DNA of 64,000 bases. It comes from a virus. The stretch spans positions 1 to 64,000 of IMG/VR virus record IMGVR_UViG_3300017917_003742; one strand, given 5' to 3'. A program made the position numbers and the translations under genes. Shown here piece after piece: positions 1 through 8,423 of this stretch. The notes under the pieces were generated by a model. That model was not told the origin of the DNA, ran no database searches, and was given only the letters and a program-made list of their open reading frames with translations. How positions within the stretch are numbered: the first letter of the stretch is position 1; every line of letters starts with the position of its first letter.

Positions 1-144
1 ACACCAGATGGAAAGGATTCTGGTGGAACTGGTCAAGCAATCCGCATAGCACGGCAAATGAGCATTCCTGTGTTCAATTTATACAACGACAGAGAAGAAA
101 ATATTGACAGCTTCCTCACCCTGAACTATAGTGAAGAACTATGA
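1..144 (+). CDS. 3' end of SLOG/DprA(Smf)-like protein (partial)
   Basis: Frame 1 reads TPDGKDSGGTGQAIRIARQMSIPVFNLYN...; SGGT..AI..A...IPVFNL is the C-terminal SLOG motif; TGA overlaps the next ATG (ATGA). Not in the ORF track. Confidence 0.7.
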   Translation, partial: TPDGKDSGGTGQAIRIARQMSIPVFNLYNDREENIDSFLTLNYSEEL

Positions 145-569
145 ACTCTTGGCTCAAATCATACGGCACTCTACAAATCGGCAACGATGTTGTTCGGCTA
201 TCTGTGTCCGAAGATTTTGCCAAGTATTACAGAACCTTTGTTGATAAAGAAGTTCGTCTTTTTACACAACTGCCTGCTCATGGTGTTCACATCACTCTTT
301 GGAATCCCAAGATTCATGGCAAGCTTTGTCCGAAGAAGGCGAAGTTCTTAAAAGACTTCTACAAGAAAAACAAAATCTCTTTTGAATACGATCCTTATAT
401 TGTAGAAGGTGGAGGCAAAACTAAAAAGTTCCGAAACTGGTATATGCACATTCGCTCAATGGCGGCAGAAAGCATTTGCAAGTATCTTGGAAACGATCAA
501 CACGAACACTTACACTTAACTATCAGCAATACAAAAAATGGAGTAAGACCTTATATATGGATGAAATGA
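141..569 (+). CDS. 2H phosphoesterase-like protein
   Basis: Two HxT motifs: GVHITLW and HLHLTIS. Confidence 0.65.
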   Translation: MNSWLKSYGTLQIGNDVVRLSVSEDFAKYYRTFVDKEVRLFTQLPAHGVHITLWNPKIHGKLCPKKAKFLKDFYKKNKISFEYDPYIVEGGGKTKKFRNWYMHIRSMAAESICKYLGNDQHEHLHLTISNTKNGVRPYIWMK

Positions 570-1021
570 AAAACAAACTATACATACTAATGGGGCCAAG
601 CGGTTCCGGTAAAAGCACAAAAGCAAAAAAACTTGCAGCAGAATGTTGCATTTGTGAAGCAGATCAATATTGGCTCAACTGTGTAGGCGACTACCTGTTT
701 GTTCCTTCAAAAATTGGTGATGCTCACAAGTGGTGTCAGAATAAAGTTGAAAGCCTTATGAAAGAAGGTAAGAGCCGCATTGTGGTTTCTAACACCAGTC
801 TTAATAAGAAAGAACGTCAAATTTATCATGACATTGCAAAGAGAAATAATTATGATGTTGAGGTTGTATTACCTGACTCACCTTGGTTTCTCTCTGTTCG
901 CCCTCGCTTGATTGATAAAACTTTCACAGACGAAGACGTTAATATCTTTGTGGAGAAAAGCACTCACGGAGTTCCTTTTGAAGGAATGAAGCGCATGTTC
1001 TTGAAATACGAGGAAGATTAA
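566..1021 (+). CDS. P-loop kinase, AAA_33/N4BP2-like (polynucleotide kinase type)
   Basis: LYILMGPSGSGKST Walker A, DAHKWCQ, IVVSNT, STHGVP; ATGA overlap at 566-569 gives the likely start (track start 476 is too early). Confidence 0.8.
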   Translation: MKNKLYILMGPSGSGKSTKAKKLAAECCICEADQYWLNCVGDYLFVPSKIGDAHKWCQNKVESLMKEGKSRIVVSNTSLNKKERQIYHDIAKRNNYDVEVVLPDSPWFLSVRPRLIDKTFTDEDVNIFVEKSTHGVPFEGMKRMFLKYEED

Positions 1022-1554
1022 ACAGTGATATAAACCTTGTCACCGTATTTGTTACTAAAGATAAAGCGATTAGAAGTGAACTCTTTTCCAAGGAGTTCAC
1101 TTCTTAATTTCTTGTAGTGATGTCCTGCTCCTGGCATGAGGTATGCAACTGTGCAATGTGGTTTGTAATCAGGATATTTGTTGGTATGTTCAAAGTTATC
1201 GCAAACTTCTTTGTTGAGTTCATGTAAATCTTTGCTCACGATTCCTAATTTTAGTACATCAAATTTTTCATTCTCGAACAATGAAAAGTCTTTGATTTTA
1301 AAAGTCGTTGGTCGAAGATTTATCTTGTCTGTGATTGGCTTTGCTTGTTGAACATGCAATCCATAAAGAACTGTGATGTGCGGTTCGGTTTCTAAACCGT
1401 GACCGGGTTCAAGGTCATAAACTTCACAAGGACAAATCTCTTCTTGAACTTTTCGGATTTGTTCAGAAAGAAAACTGAGGTCCAACATAAGGCAGGAGTA
1501 ACTTCTGACTGCACTGCCTTCTGAAATAAAATCGAATAATTGTTTGAATTTCAT
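1018..1554 (-). CDS. 2H phosphodiesterase (T4 57B/Acb1-like or 2'-5' RNA ligase-like) with capsid-targeting-like N-terminus
   Basis: EPHITVLYGL and YKPHCTVAY HxT motifs; N-terminus MKFKQLFDFISE. Confidence 0.75.
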   Translation of the reverse strand: MKFKQLFDFISEGSAVRSYSCLMLDLSFLSEQIRKVQEEICPCEVYDLEPGHGLETEPHITVLYGLHVQQAKPITDKINLRPTTFKIKDFSLFENEKFDVLKLGIVSKDLHELNKEVCDNFEHTNKYPDYKPHCTVAYLMPGAGHHYKKLRSELLGKEFTSNRFIFSNKYGDKVYITV

Positions 1555-1555
1555 A

Positions 1556-2605
1556 TTATAAATTTGGGGTATTTTCTACTCTGTTTTGTTGATTAGGGGT
1601 CATATACTCGTCAAATGCTGAACGTATTAAATTTGCGTTCTCTTTCATTCGCTTATCCACACCATCTTTTCTACGATCATGTAAATCGTGATGCTTTAGA
1701 TAATTTGTTGCAGCAACTTCTAAGAATTTCTTACCCTTTTCTAAAAACTGAGTTGCTTGAGAATTTTGTCCTGCTTTGAGAGCAGCTTCATATTTAAAGA
1801 AAAGCTCCATTGCAGTTTTTATATTTGCACGCGCTTCGTTCTGCCCTCGGCTTTTACGAGACGAAATATCACCTCTGAAAAAGCCGTCAAGAATTGCCTT
1901 TTGTAAATTTTCAGGATATTGTAATAATCTAGGAAAATTAGATTTAGAAGTTGCCATTGCAACTTTACCATTAAAGTCTTTATTAAATATTTCTAATGCC
2001 TTCTCATCAGAAATAGTGATAACTCTTCGTTTTTCACCTTTAATAGTTTTGTAACTTATTTCATCTGGTGTGAAAAGTTTACCGGGTCCGACTTCACTTT
2101 TTAAAATTAAGTGTCCAATTCCAATTGTTGCATATCCTTTGGAATCTGCATAGGAATTGTTTCTTATGCCTAAATTGCTTATTTCATGAAATTTGATATA
2201 TTCTTTAATATCTGATAAAATTGAAGCTTGTTTTTTAGGCTGAACTGGAACTACTTGTTGTTTCTCAAAAGGTTTTTTGACAGGCTTCTCTTCTACTGCT
2301 TGCTGAATTATTCTCATAGAAGTGTCAGGATCAGCTTTTGCAATTTGATTTTTAACTTCTGGCGGAAGAGTTTTAGATATTTCCATTGCCATATCATTTG
2401 CAGATTGATACACCTGTTCTATCTGTTCTGGATTTTCCTTTAATTTTTCTGAAACTGCTTGTTTATATCTTTGATATTCAAAGTCTACAGCAGGAAAACC
2501 TAATAGCGCACCTATAGCAAATATTTTTAATTTATTAAAAAAACCTTCTTCAATGACAACTTGTTCATTCTCAAGCACTAAATTATACAACTCTTCAAAT
2601 TTCAT
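1556..2605 (-). CDS. GH24/T4-lysozyme-like protein, probably virion-associated
   Basis: HE...YADSKGYATIGIGHLI motif; N-terminus MKFEELYNLVLE; TAAATA 5 nt upstream of ATG. Confidence 0.7.
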   Translation of the reverse strand: MKFEELYNLVLENEQVVIEEGFFNKLKIFAIGALLGFPAVDFEYQRYKQAVSEKLKENPEQIEQVYQSANDMAMEISKTLPPEVKNQIAKADPDTSMRIIQQAVEEKPVKKPFEKQQVVPVQPKKQASILSDIKEYIKFHEISNLGIRNNSYADSKGYATIGIGHLILKSEVGPGKLFTPDEISYKTIKGEKRRVITISDEKALEIFNKDFNGKVAMATSKSNFPRLLQYPENLQKAILDGFFRGDISSRKSRGQNEARANIKTAMELFFKYEAALKAGQNSQATQFLEKGKKFLEVAATNYLKHHDLHDRRKDGVDKRMKENANLIRSAFDEYMTPNQQNRVENTPNL

Positions 2606-2630
2606 AAAACTATTTATCTAAACTATTAGA

Positions 2631-3119
2631 TTATGTTTTAAAGGCGTCTTTCTTTCGTTTTTTAACATCTTCTCTTGTTTCCCAAATATGTAAATCAGAA
2701 TTCTTGAAAAACTCAATATCGTCTTTTTTCTTTTTTAATATTTTTTCTAAATGAGTCTGCATCTTTTTACCGTTTTCGGTTTTCATATCAGCGTTCAAGA
2801 CAAGTTCATAAAGAACAGTTTTTAAATCGTATTTGTCAAAAAATAGTGCATCATATTTTTCATCTATTTCTTGCTCTGTTACAACTGCTTTTTTCTCAAG
2901 AACAATGTCAGCTAACCTTCCGGTGTCATAGTCGCCAATCCAACGAAATCTTTGAATATTGATTTCTTCATCATTAATACCAAGCTCTTTGAATGAATGC
3001 TTTTTGATGAGCATATTATTTCTTATAGCTAGTGGAAACGAATCTATGTCAAAAGTAAAACACACGAACTGTCGAGTTTGTGTGTTAAACAGTGAATAAA
3101 GATAAAATTCTTCGTCCAT
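2631..3119 (-). CDS. hypothetical protein
   Basis: 162-aa ORF, TAATG-coupled to the upstream gene. Confidence 0.75.
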   Translation of the reverse strand: MDEEFYLYSLFNTQTRQFVCFTFDIDSFPLAIRNNMLIKKHSFKELGINDEEINIQRFRWIGDYDTGRLADIVLEKKAVVTEQEIDEKYDALFFDKYDLKTVLYELVLNADMKTENGKKMQTHLEKILKKKKDDIEFFKNSDLHIWETREDVKKRKKDAFKT

Positions 3120-3460
3120 TACTTTCTTTCTCCGGTGTTCTTTTCAACGCCAACAGCTTTGTCATCCCAAAACTCATACATACTAGAATACTTGATACAG
3201 GTTACAGACAGTTCTTGCCCAATATGCTTTTTACACCATTCTTTAATAGCTTCTTCTGCTTGAACCTGTTCTGCTAATGGATGATCTGGTGCAACTCTTG
3301 CAGTGAATATTTTGACATTCTTGCCATCAGAGAGCCAACGCTTTACACGATTGACCATCTTTTCAATGGGTTCTCCAAGAACGTTTGGACCTTCATACTT
3401 TTCGTAAGTTGCAAGAGTTCCGTCAAAGTCAACTCCTATATATCCTTTTTGTTTTCTCAT
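3119..3460 (-). CDS. HAD-superfamily phosphatase (PNK 3'-phosphatase-like)
   Basis: IGVDFDGTL motif I, IFTAR motif II, FWDDKA motif IV. Confidence 0.85.
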   Translation of the reverse strand: MRKQKGYIGVDFDGTLATYEKYEGPNVLGEPIEKMVNRVKRWLSDGKNVKIFTARVAPDHPLAEQVQAEEAIKEWCKKHIGQELSVTCIKYSSMYEFWDDKAVGVEKNTGERK

Positions 3461-3496
3461 AAAAAAATTGGTGTAGGTTTTACCCTACACCAATTT
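3461..3496 (-). terminator. Intrinsic terminator after the vWA gene
   Basis: 13-bp inverted repeat aaattggtgtagg/cctacaccaattt followed by a U-tract on the minus strand. Confidence 0.75.
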
Positions 3497-3520
3497 ACAC
3501 TATAAGATGTGATTTGTCAA
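3492..3520 (-). promoter_or_regulatory. sigma70-type promoter for the HAD gene
   Basis: TTGACA-17nt-TAAATT on the minus strand. Confidence 0.6.
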
Positions 3521-3525
3521 AAAGA

Positions 3526-5529
3526 TTATAGATATTCTTTTGTCTCTTTAACCTTTACAACAAGACCATCATATTCAAATTCATCAGCCTTGTCAACACC
3601 TTCGAACCAAGAGTTTGTTACCATAAGGTAGAACTTTTGTGCGGAGATTTTCTGTGAGAGAAGATCAACAGTTTCCTCAACACCTTCAAGAGTCTTTTGA
3701 CAGAACTCAACAAAGGTTTCGGTTCCAAGGTCGGAAAGCTTCTTCTCATACTTCTCAAAAAGAGGAAACACGATAAGATCGCCTACGTTTGCCTTGCCTT
3801 TCTTAGTCCACTTCTCGTAGCTCTTAGAAGCAGAGATTGTGGCAGCACCCTTGAGTTGTCCTGAGATTTCAAGGAAAGGAATGTAGTCAGCATTCTCATC
3901 TTTTGGCTTGTATTCCTTTTTAGGAGAGTAACGCATCTGATAATCAAATCCCATTTCTTCAAGAAGCTTGGCACCTTCTTCGCCATACTGTTCAACACGA
4001 AGGTCAACAGAATGCTTTTGAGTTGCATGTTTCTTGATGTAGAATCGAAGAACGCTGGCATGTGCCTTTTCTTCGAGAAGGCTCTTGTTCAGGTTAACAA
4101 AGTCCTTGACGTGAATAGTTGAGTTCTTTTCATCAAAAAGATCAATGTCCTTGGAAGGAACAATGCTGTACTCCTTATCGCCTGAAAAGATGCTAAGATT
4201 TTCAAAGTTAAAGTCTCCGTTTGCAACAAGAGTATAGTTGCGGTAGGTAGAACTTTCAATTGGGAAAACAATAGGAACTTTTGCAGTCTTGTTGTAATCG
4301 GCAACCCTTTGACTCAATTCATCATTATAAATTCCAGTAACTTGTCCTTTACGAACAGTGAGGAATGAAATGTTGGCACGATCTTCGTTTCCGGTAATTC
4401 CAACAATGGTTGGCTTGGTGTCAGTTGTTTTGAATTCAACCTTGGAAGCGTCTCCGCCTTTGCGAGAAATGGAAGTATATTTTGACTTGTTCATATCAAT
4501 ATAAACAGAGCCAAGATTTTCCTTGATCTTTTTCAGGAAGTCACCAATGAAAACAGTGTCGTCTGCTTCCGCAGGAACAATCTCTTTTCCGATAAGTGCC
4601 TTTGCCTTAAGATCATTTTCTGCACGGCCTTTCTGGTTTACAGTAAAGCTTTTTTGAAGAATCTTAGCACTGGTCTTGTCGCCTGCTTTGCGAAGCAATG
4701 CTACGCCAAGGTTTGCCTTGTTCTTTTGTGAAAGCATAAGAGCAAGAGAGTAAACAAAACGACCATCCTTAAGTTGTTCAGATGTTAGATTGTCAATCTC
4801 GTTGTAATCAATAGCGAATAGTTCGCCGTCTTCATCACTTTCAAGAACTTCTACGTTGCTGTTTTCTGCGACAAGAGGAAGAACCTCTTTACTAGAAACC
4901 TGCCAAACAAGTTCGTAGTTCTTTGGAAGTTTGACATTCTTAACTTTCTTCTTGCTAGAAACAAAGTCCTTGCAGCTTTTCTTCATGTCAGAGTAATCGG
5001 AAACGTGTGCGAATGCACCGCCAATGTCCTCGGTCATTTGAAGAAGAAGCTTACGATTGTAGTAGCCGCTGTAGCCAACAATCTGCTTGTGTAAGAAAGT
5101 CTTTTTAAGAGTCTTACAAATGCGAAGAACTTCACTTTCAGGAGAACGGTCATTTGGATAACCGTCAGTAAGGAAGAACAACACGTTTTCAGTATTTCCG
5201 CTGATTAGCTGAACGTCCTTTACAACATTATCAAGACTATTAAGAACTTCTGTGAAACAGGTTAGTCCTCTTGCATAAATCTTGCTTTCAATAAGGGCTT
5301 CTAGATTTCCGCCAATGTTGGCACCCTTACAAATCCAATCAAAATCACCACTGCTAGAAAAGTAGGCTAGACTGAATGTATCACCCGACACAAGTAAATC
5401 TTTTACGGCTCGGAGAGTTTCTTTGAGGTCAGGAATGGACCCCCACATTGAACCAGACAAATCTGTGATAAAAAAGTAATTTGTTGGTTTATTCTTTGCT
5501 TCTTCGTTTTTAGGTATAGTTAATTTCAT
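3526..5529 (-). CDS. von Willebrand factor A (vWA) domain protein
   Basis: FITDLSGSM MIDAS (DxSxS), GLTCF, LFFLTDG. Confidence 0.85.
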   Translation of the reverse strand: MKLTIPKNEEAKNKPTNYFFITDLSGSMWGSIPDLKETLRAVKDLLVSGDTFSLAYFSSSGDFDWICKGANIGGNLEALIESKIYARGLTCFTEVLNSLDNVVKDVQLISGNTENVLFFLTDGYPNDRSPESEVLRICKTLKKTFLHKQIVGYSGYYNRKLLLQMTEDIGGAFAHVSDYSDMKKSCKDFVSSKKKVKNVKLPKNYELVWQVSSKEVLPLVAENSNVEVLESDEDGELFAIDYNEIDNLTSEQLKDGRFVYSLALMLSQKNKANLGVALLRKAGDKTSAKILQKSFTVNQKGRAENDLKAKALIGKEIVPAEADDTVFIGDFLKKIKENLGSVYIDMNKSKYTSISRKGGDASKVEFKTTDTKPTIVGITGNEDRANISFLTVRKGQVTGIYNDELSQRVADYNKTAKVPIVFPIESSTYRNYTLVANGDFNFENLSIFSGDKEYSIVPSKDIDLFDEKNSTIHVKDFVNLNKSLLEEKAHASVLRFYIKKHATQKHSVDLRVEQYGEEGAKLLEEMGFDYQMRYSPKKEYKPKDENADYIPFLEISGQLKGAATISASKSYEKWTKKGKANVGDLIVFPLFEKYEKKLSDLGTETFVEFCQKTLEGVEETVDLLSQKISAQKFYLMVTNSWFEGVDKADEFEYDGLVVKVKETKEYL

Positions 5530-5587
5530 TTTCTTAATATTTCTTAATTTCTCAAATTATACGTGTTTCCACGTATAAAGTCACAGT

Positions 5588-5616
5588 AATATAACACAAG
5601 AAAACCCCTGTGTCAA
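5588..5616 (-). promoter_or_regulatory. sigma70-type promoter for the vWA gene
   Basis: TTGACA-17nt-TATATT on the minus strand. Confidence 0.75.
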
Positions 5617-5618
5617 AT

Positions 5619-6098
5619 TTATTCTGCAACAACTAAACTATATCTTAAACTTTTTACAGGAGATACATAGTGTGCTGCATCATATGGAAAGTCAATATAT
5701 TGCCCTGCACTGTCAAAAATCTTTACAAGATTGTGATCAATGTCTTCGCAAACAAGACCATCCACATCTGAACTAGTCAAAGTTATTAGGTGCAGTTTTC
5801 GAATAGAATATGAATCACGGTGCGGTGCAATATAATCACCGGGTTCATATTTTTGAACTTGAATAAAATTATAAAAGTCTTTTAAGTCAGGGTCAAAATC
5901 AGCGTCACGAAAAATAGCTTCTTTTAACTCGTCTGACATGTGACAATCTTTCAGTGTTTTGAAACGACTACACACATTTGGAATAAGAGATTCATGCTTG
6001 TCAGCACCTTCTCTTGGCATAAAAAGATGATCGTGTTGTTTTACAAGATTGATTATCTCGTCAACATTTCTTATAAAATTTGGAATTGTTTTAATCAT
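5619..6098 (-). CDS. 2OG-Fe(II) oxygenase
   Basis: YEPGDYIAPHRD (HxD), distal H in AAHYVSPV, RYSLV. Confidence 0.85.
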   Translation of the reverse strand: MIKTIPNFIRNVDEIINLVKQHDHLFMPREGADKHESLIPNVCSRFKTLKDCHMSDELKEAIFRDADFDPDLKDFYNFIQVQKYEPGDYIAPHRDSYSIRKLHLITLTSSDVDGLVCEDIDHNLVKIFDSAGQYIDFPYDAAHYVSPVKSLRYSLVVAE

Positions 6099-6486
6099 AA
6101 TTATTTTTTATATATGTAAAAAATTTCAGTTCTCTATCACATAGAGGAAACCAGAATGCATTCAGTAATTCCTTTTTACCCGGTTTAACATTTCCATTAG
6201 TTATTTCATCTTCAAAAAGTTTAATCAACTCATCTTTTAAAAGACGCTTATCGTATCGTTGTTCATGAAACTCACACTTTTTTAAAATGCTTATAAAAAT
6301 ATTCATGAAATCTTTTTCAATTAAGCGATCATTAAATTCAAAGCTTAATTGAGCGTCGTTGAAACTATTAATTATTCCTGTTAAATCGTTTTTTATAAAA
6401 TTGAATAACTTTTTTGTAAAGGGAAATTTTTGTATATCATCCATTACATTTTTGCTACTCTCGTTAACCTTTTTAAAGTATGTCAT
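6091..6486 (-). CDS. small protein resembling a tail sheath (gp18) C-terminal fragment
   Basis: KKLFNFIKNDL...LSFEFNDRLIEKDFMNIFISIL matches the sheath motif RRLF..L...I....LFEFND..TR..F.N.....L (by eye). Confidence 0.5.
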   Translation of the reverse strand: MTYFKKVNESSKNVMDDIQKFPFTKKLFNFIKNDLTGIINSFNDAQLSFEFNDRLIEKDFMNIFISILKKCEFHEQRYDKRLLKDELIKLFEDEITNGNVKPGKKELLNAFWFPLCDRELKFFTYIKNNYD

Positions 6487-6979
6487 AATTTTCCCAATGT
6501 GTAAACTTACAATCGCCTTGGACCTTGTTCAAGAGAATTGCTCCAAGTTGAAATCCGCTTTGAGGAAATTCTTTTGGTGTTGGCATTGTAATTATTTCTC
6601 GTATAAAAAATCCAGAGTCCCGAACATCTTTTAATCTTGCCTTAAGAGCAAGCAAATGATTTAATGTAACAAGCGTTACAATATTATCGCTGATTTTCAT
6701 GGAATGTTCAATGCACTTACGATGCAAGCTCCAAGGAAAGTTTGTGATAATCCAATCGACCTTTTCGTTGTATTGAAAGAAATCTCGTCCCTCGTCAATC
6801 TCGCACCAATCAGGATTAACTCCAATTTGTAAAAATGCATTATAAAATGCTCCTTTTCCTCGGCAAGGGTCTAAGCACTTTTTTCCATAAGGATTGTAGT
6901 GAGTGACAATTTTCTTTGCAAGAGATTCAGGAGTGTAAACTCGATCATCGCCGCCTTTTGGAATCAGAGTTTTTTTCAC
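6473..6979 (-). CDS. N6-adenine DNA methyltransferase-like protein
   Basis: YTP, LDPCRGKGAF (motif I), DFF, IITNFPWS (variant motif IV); GTG start. Confidence 0.75.
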   Translation of the reverse strand: MKKTLIPKGGDDRVYTPESLAKKIVTHYNPYGKKCLDPCRGKGAFYNAFLQIGVNPDWCEIDEGRDFFQYNEKVDWIITNFPWSLHRKCIEHSMKISDNIVTLVTLNHLLALKARLKDVRDSGFFIREIITMPTPKEFPQSGFQLGAILLNKVQGDCKFTHWENYDIL

Positions 6980-7083
6980 GGTAAAAATTTAGAGTATTCA
7001 ATTAGTTTAGAAAAACACAGTATCAAAGAAATCAATGATACTGTGCCTAAAAATAAATGTGAATATAAATCAGCTTTGTCCAT
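6976..7083 (-). CDS. 35-aa predicted membrane peptide
   Basis: MDKADLYSHLFLGTVSLISLILCFSKLIEYSKFLP; TAATG and GTGA overlaps with both neighbours; not in the ORF track. Confidence 0.6.
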   Translation of the reverse strand: MDKADLYSHLFLGTVSLISLILCFSKLIEYSKFLP

Positions 7084-8378
7084 TAATCAAAATAGAAATA
7101 TTTGACGCTGGTAACACCTTCCTTATCGTTTACAACGAGAGCGGTTTGACGCTGACGAGAATTATAACCAGAGTTGTCTGCATGTCGGCATCCGCCTACA
7201 AGAGTTGGGAACATAAATCCTTCAACATTTGTAAGCTCATAGCTTTCGCTGTGATGTTGGTCTGCACTCAAGTAATATTTTCTTTCCACTCCTATCATTT
7301 GTTCAGGCTTTGCCATGAAAAGATTGTTGATGTAATTTTCTCTCTGTTTACCCGGTGCTGGAAGGCGATCTTTTGCAACAGATGAGTAACCGTGTTCCAT
7401 AAGGAAAAGACTGTTACCAACATTAAAAGTGATGAAACGTTTGTTTGTAATGTCAAACTTGATTCGTTTATCGCCTTTGAAATAAAGTGAAAGCATTCTT
7501 GCTAAAACATAATCACCTAATGCTGAATGGTTTCCGCTACATGCTACAACAGAAACACTGTTTGTTGAGCTTAAAATTGTTTTAACAAAATTTACAAGAG
7601 AATCAAATGCAACCTCAAGTTGTTCTTCGGCAATTGGATGCGCCTCAAGCTTTGTTCCTTTGTCGGTAAATCCTGTTAAGGTGTGAGACATGTCGCCAAG
7701 AAGAAGTAGTTTAACCTCTTTGTAACAACCCCTGCGAATTTCGGCTGCTGCTTTTCGGCCATAATCTGCAACAGTGTCTTTGGTCTTTTCAATGTTCCAT
7801 TCTTTCTGATTGTAAAGATAACGCTCATGTGCTACAAGACCATAATGCCAGTCACTAAGACCAAGAAGAAGAGTGTCCTTGCAGTCGCGTGGAGTTTGAA
7901 CTGGACGAGGCGGAACATAAGGAGGAGGTGTCCATTTTTGAAGAATCTGCTCAAACGGATCAATTTGAAGAGTCTTCATTGCACGCCATTTTTCAGCATC
8001 CTCTTGAGTTTCTTTCCAGTCACGTTTTTCAAACTTTTGAAGAATGTTAAATTTCTTAGAAGAAATTGCATCGTCAACAAGAGCTTCTTCGCTTGAGTTA
8101 CTAATAGTCTCTTCTGTGAATGGAAGAGTGTCATGTGTAATATTCATTACTTTAAGAACATGACGAATAACGTCTACTGGAATGCTCAATTTAAGTGCAA
8201 TCTCGTTTGCAGTCAAACCTCCAGCAATGCTGCTGTAAAGCTTAACAATCAAGTCAATCGAAGTTTTTGTAAAAACGAGATTTTGTCCGAATTTCTTTTC
8301 CGTGTGGAAAACGTATTTTTGAGTTGACGAATTATAAGTGTAATGCTTGTTCGTCTTGAGAGAGTTTTCTTTACTCAT
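7083..8378 (-). CDS. calcineurin-like metallophosphoesterase/nuclease with N-terminal HTH-like region
   Basis: SDWHYG, LLGDMSH, SGNH, EHG, SADQHH motifs; LTANEIALKLSIP helix-turn-helix-like. Confidence 0.8.
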   Translation of the reverse strand: MSKENSLKTNKHYTYNSSTQKYVFHTEKKFGQNLVFTKTSIDLIVKLYSSIAGGLTANEIALKLSIPVDVIRHVLKVMNITHDTLPFTEETISNSSEEALVDDAISSKKFNILQKFEKRDWKETQEDAEKWRAMKTLQIDPFEQILQKWTPPPYVPPRPVQTPRDCKDTLLLGLSDWHYGLVAHERYLYNQKEWNIEKTKDTVADYGRKAAAEIRRGCYKEVKLLLLGDMSHTLTGFTDKGTKLEAHPIAEEQLEVAFDSLVNFVKTILSSTNSVSVVACSGNHSALGDYVLARMLSLYFKGDKRIKFDITNKRFITFNVGNSLFLMEHGYSSVAKDRLPAPGKQRENYINNLFMAKPEQMIGVERKYYLSADQHHSESYELTNVEGFMFPTLVGGCRHADNSGYNSRQRQTALVVNDKEGVTSVKYFYFD

Positions 8379-8393
8379 AAGGCAATAATACTT

Positions 8394-8422
8394 AGTTTAC
8401 ACCGGAACTTTCCGGTTGTCAA
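8394..8422 (-). promoter_or_regulatory. sigma70 promoter with palindromic spacer
   Basis: TTGACA-17nt-TAAACT; spacer contains ACCGGAA-N2-TTCCGGT. Confidence 0.6.
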
Positions 8423-8423
8423 A

